NCBI RefSeq assembly: GCF_964213995.1
Contig: NC_135810.1
Coordinates: 99,634,001 to 99,698,000 of the forward strand
From: Mustelus asterias
Taxonomy: Eukaryota
Reading direction: 5' to 3'
Length of the DNA: 64,000 nt
Shown: positions 63,857-64,000 of the stretch, in pieces
Position numbering within the stretch: position 1 is the stretch's first letter
Layout: the number at the start of each line of letters is the position of its first letter
The notes under the pieces: generated by a model
What the model saw: only the letters and a program-made list of their open reading frames with translations
Databases searched by the model: none
Told to the model about the DNA's origin: nothing
Program-made: the position numbers and the translations under genes

Positions 63857-64000
63857 AGGGTGGAATTTTACGAGATTTTTTTCCAAGTATCAGGTGGGCG
63901 AGAAACTGGGAGAGCTTTTTGGGTGTGTTTTCAGGCCTAATCTTATGCACTCTGTCCCTGAAATTTTGGACTAGTCTGTTTCTGGCCAGAGAAACTGTGG
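63857..64000. mobile_element. Start of a Harbinger-like element (cut by window edge)
   Basis: GGGTGGAATTTTAC TIR-like start; resembles the reverse complement of 42740-42869. Confidence 0.5.

Overview
This is eukaryotic, repeat-dense DNA, almost certainly from a shark or other elasmobranch, judged from HE1-type V-SINEs, HER1/CR1-type LINEs and a Deu-domain SINE. I cannot support any host protein-coding exon, RNA gene or CRISPR array, so the window looks intronic or intergenic. Nearly every recognisable ORF is a fragment of a retrotransposon. Contents: many 5'-truncated CR1 LINEs; a second CR1/L2-group LINE ('LINE-B') with a partner tRNA-derived SINE; a Rex1/Babar LINE; about 20 V-SINEs with two alternative 3' tails; three solo LTRs with clean target-site duplications (TSDs); several PIF/Harbinger-type MITE families with 3-bp TSDs and decayed Harbinger Myb/SANT ORF relics; and Penelope-like elements (PLEs). 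The most notable signals are (i) a PLE whose pseudo-LTR carries a fully pairable minimal hammerhead ribozyme (50370-50408), (ii) three independent 86-177 bp fold-back insertions with perfect arms, one fixed end, a 36-45 nt single-copy tail and 13-15 bp TSDs, interpreted as minimal inverted-pLTR PLE products, and (iii) a V-SINE that appears to have swapped its LINE-derived tail. Family names come from motif recognition, not database searches. Boundaries of degenerate copies are approximate (about 10-30 bp).
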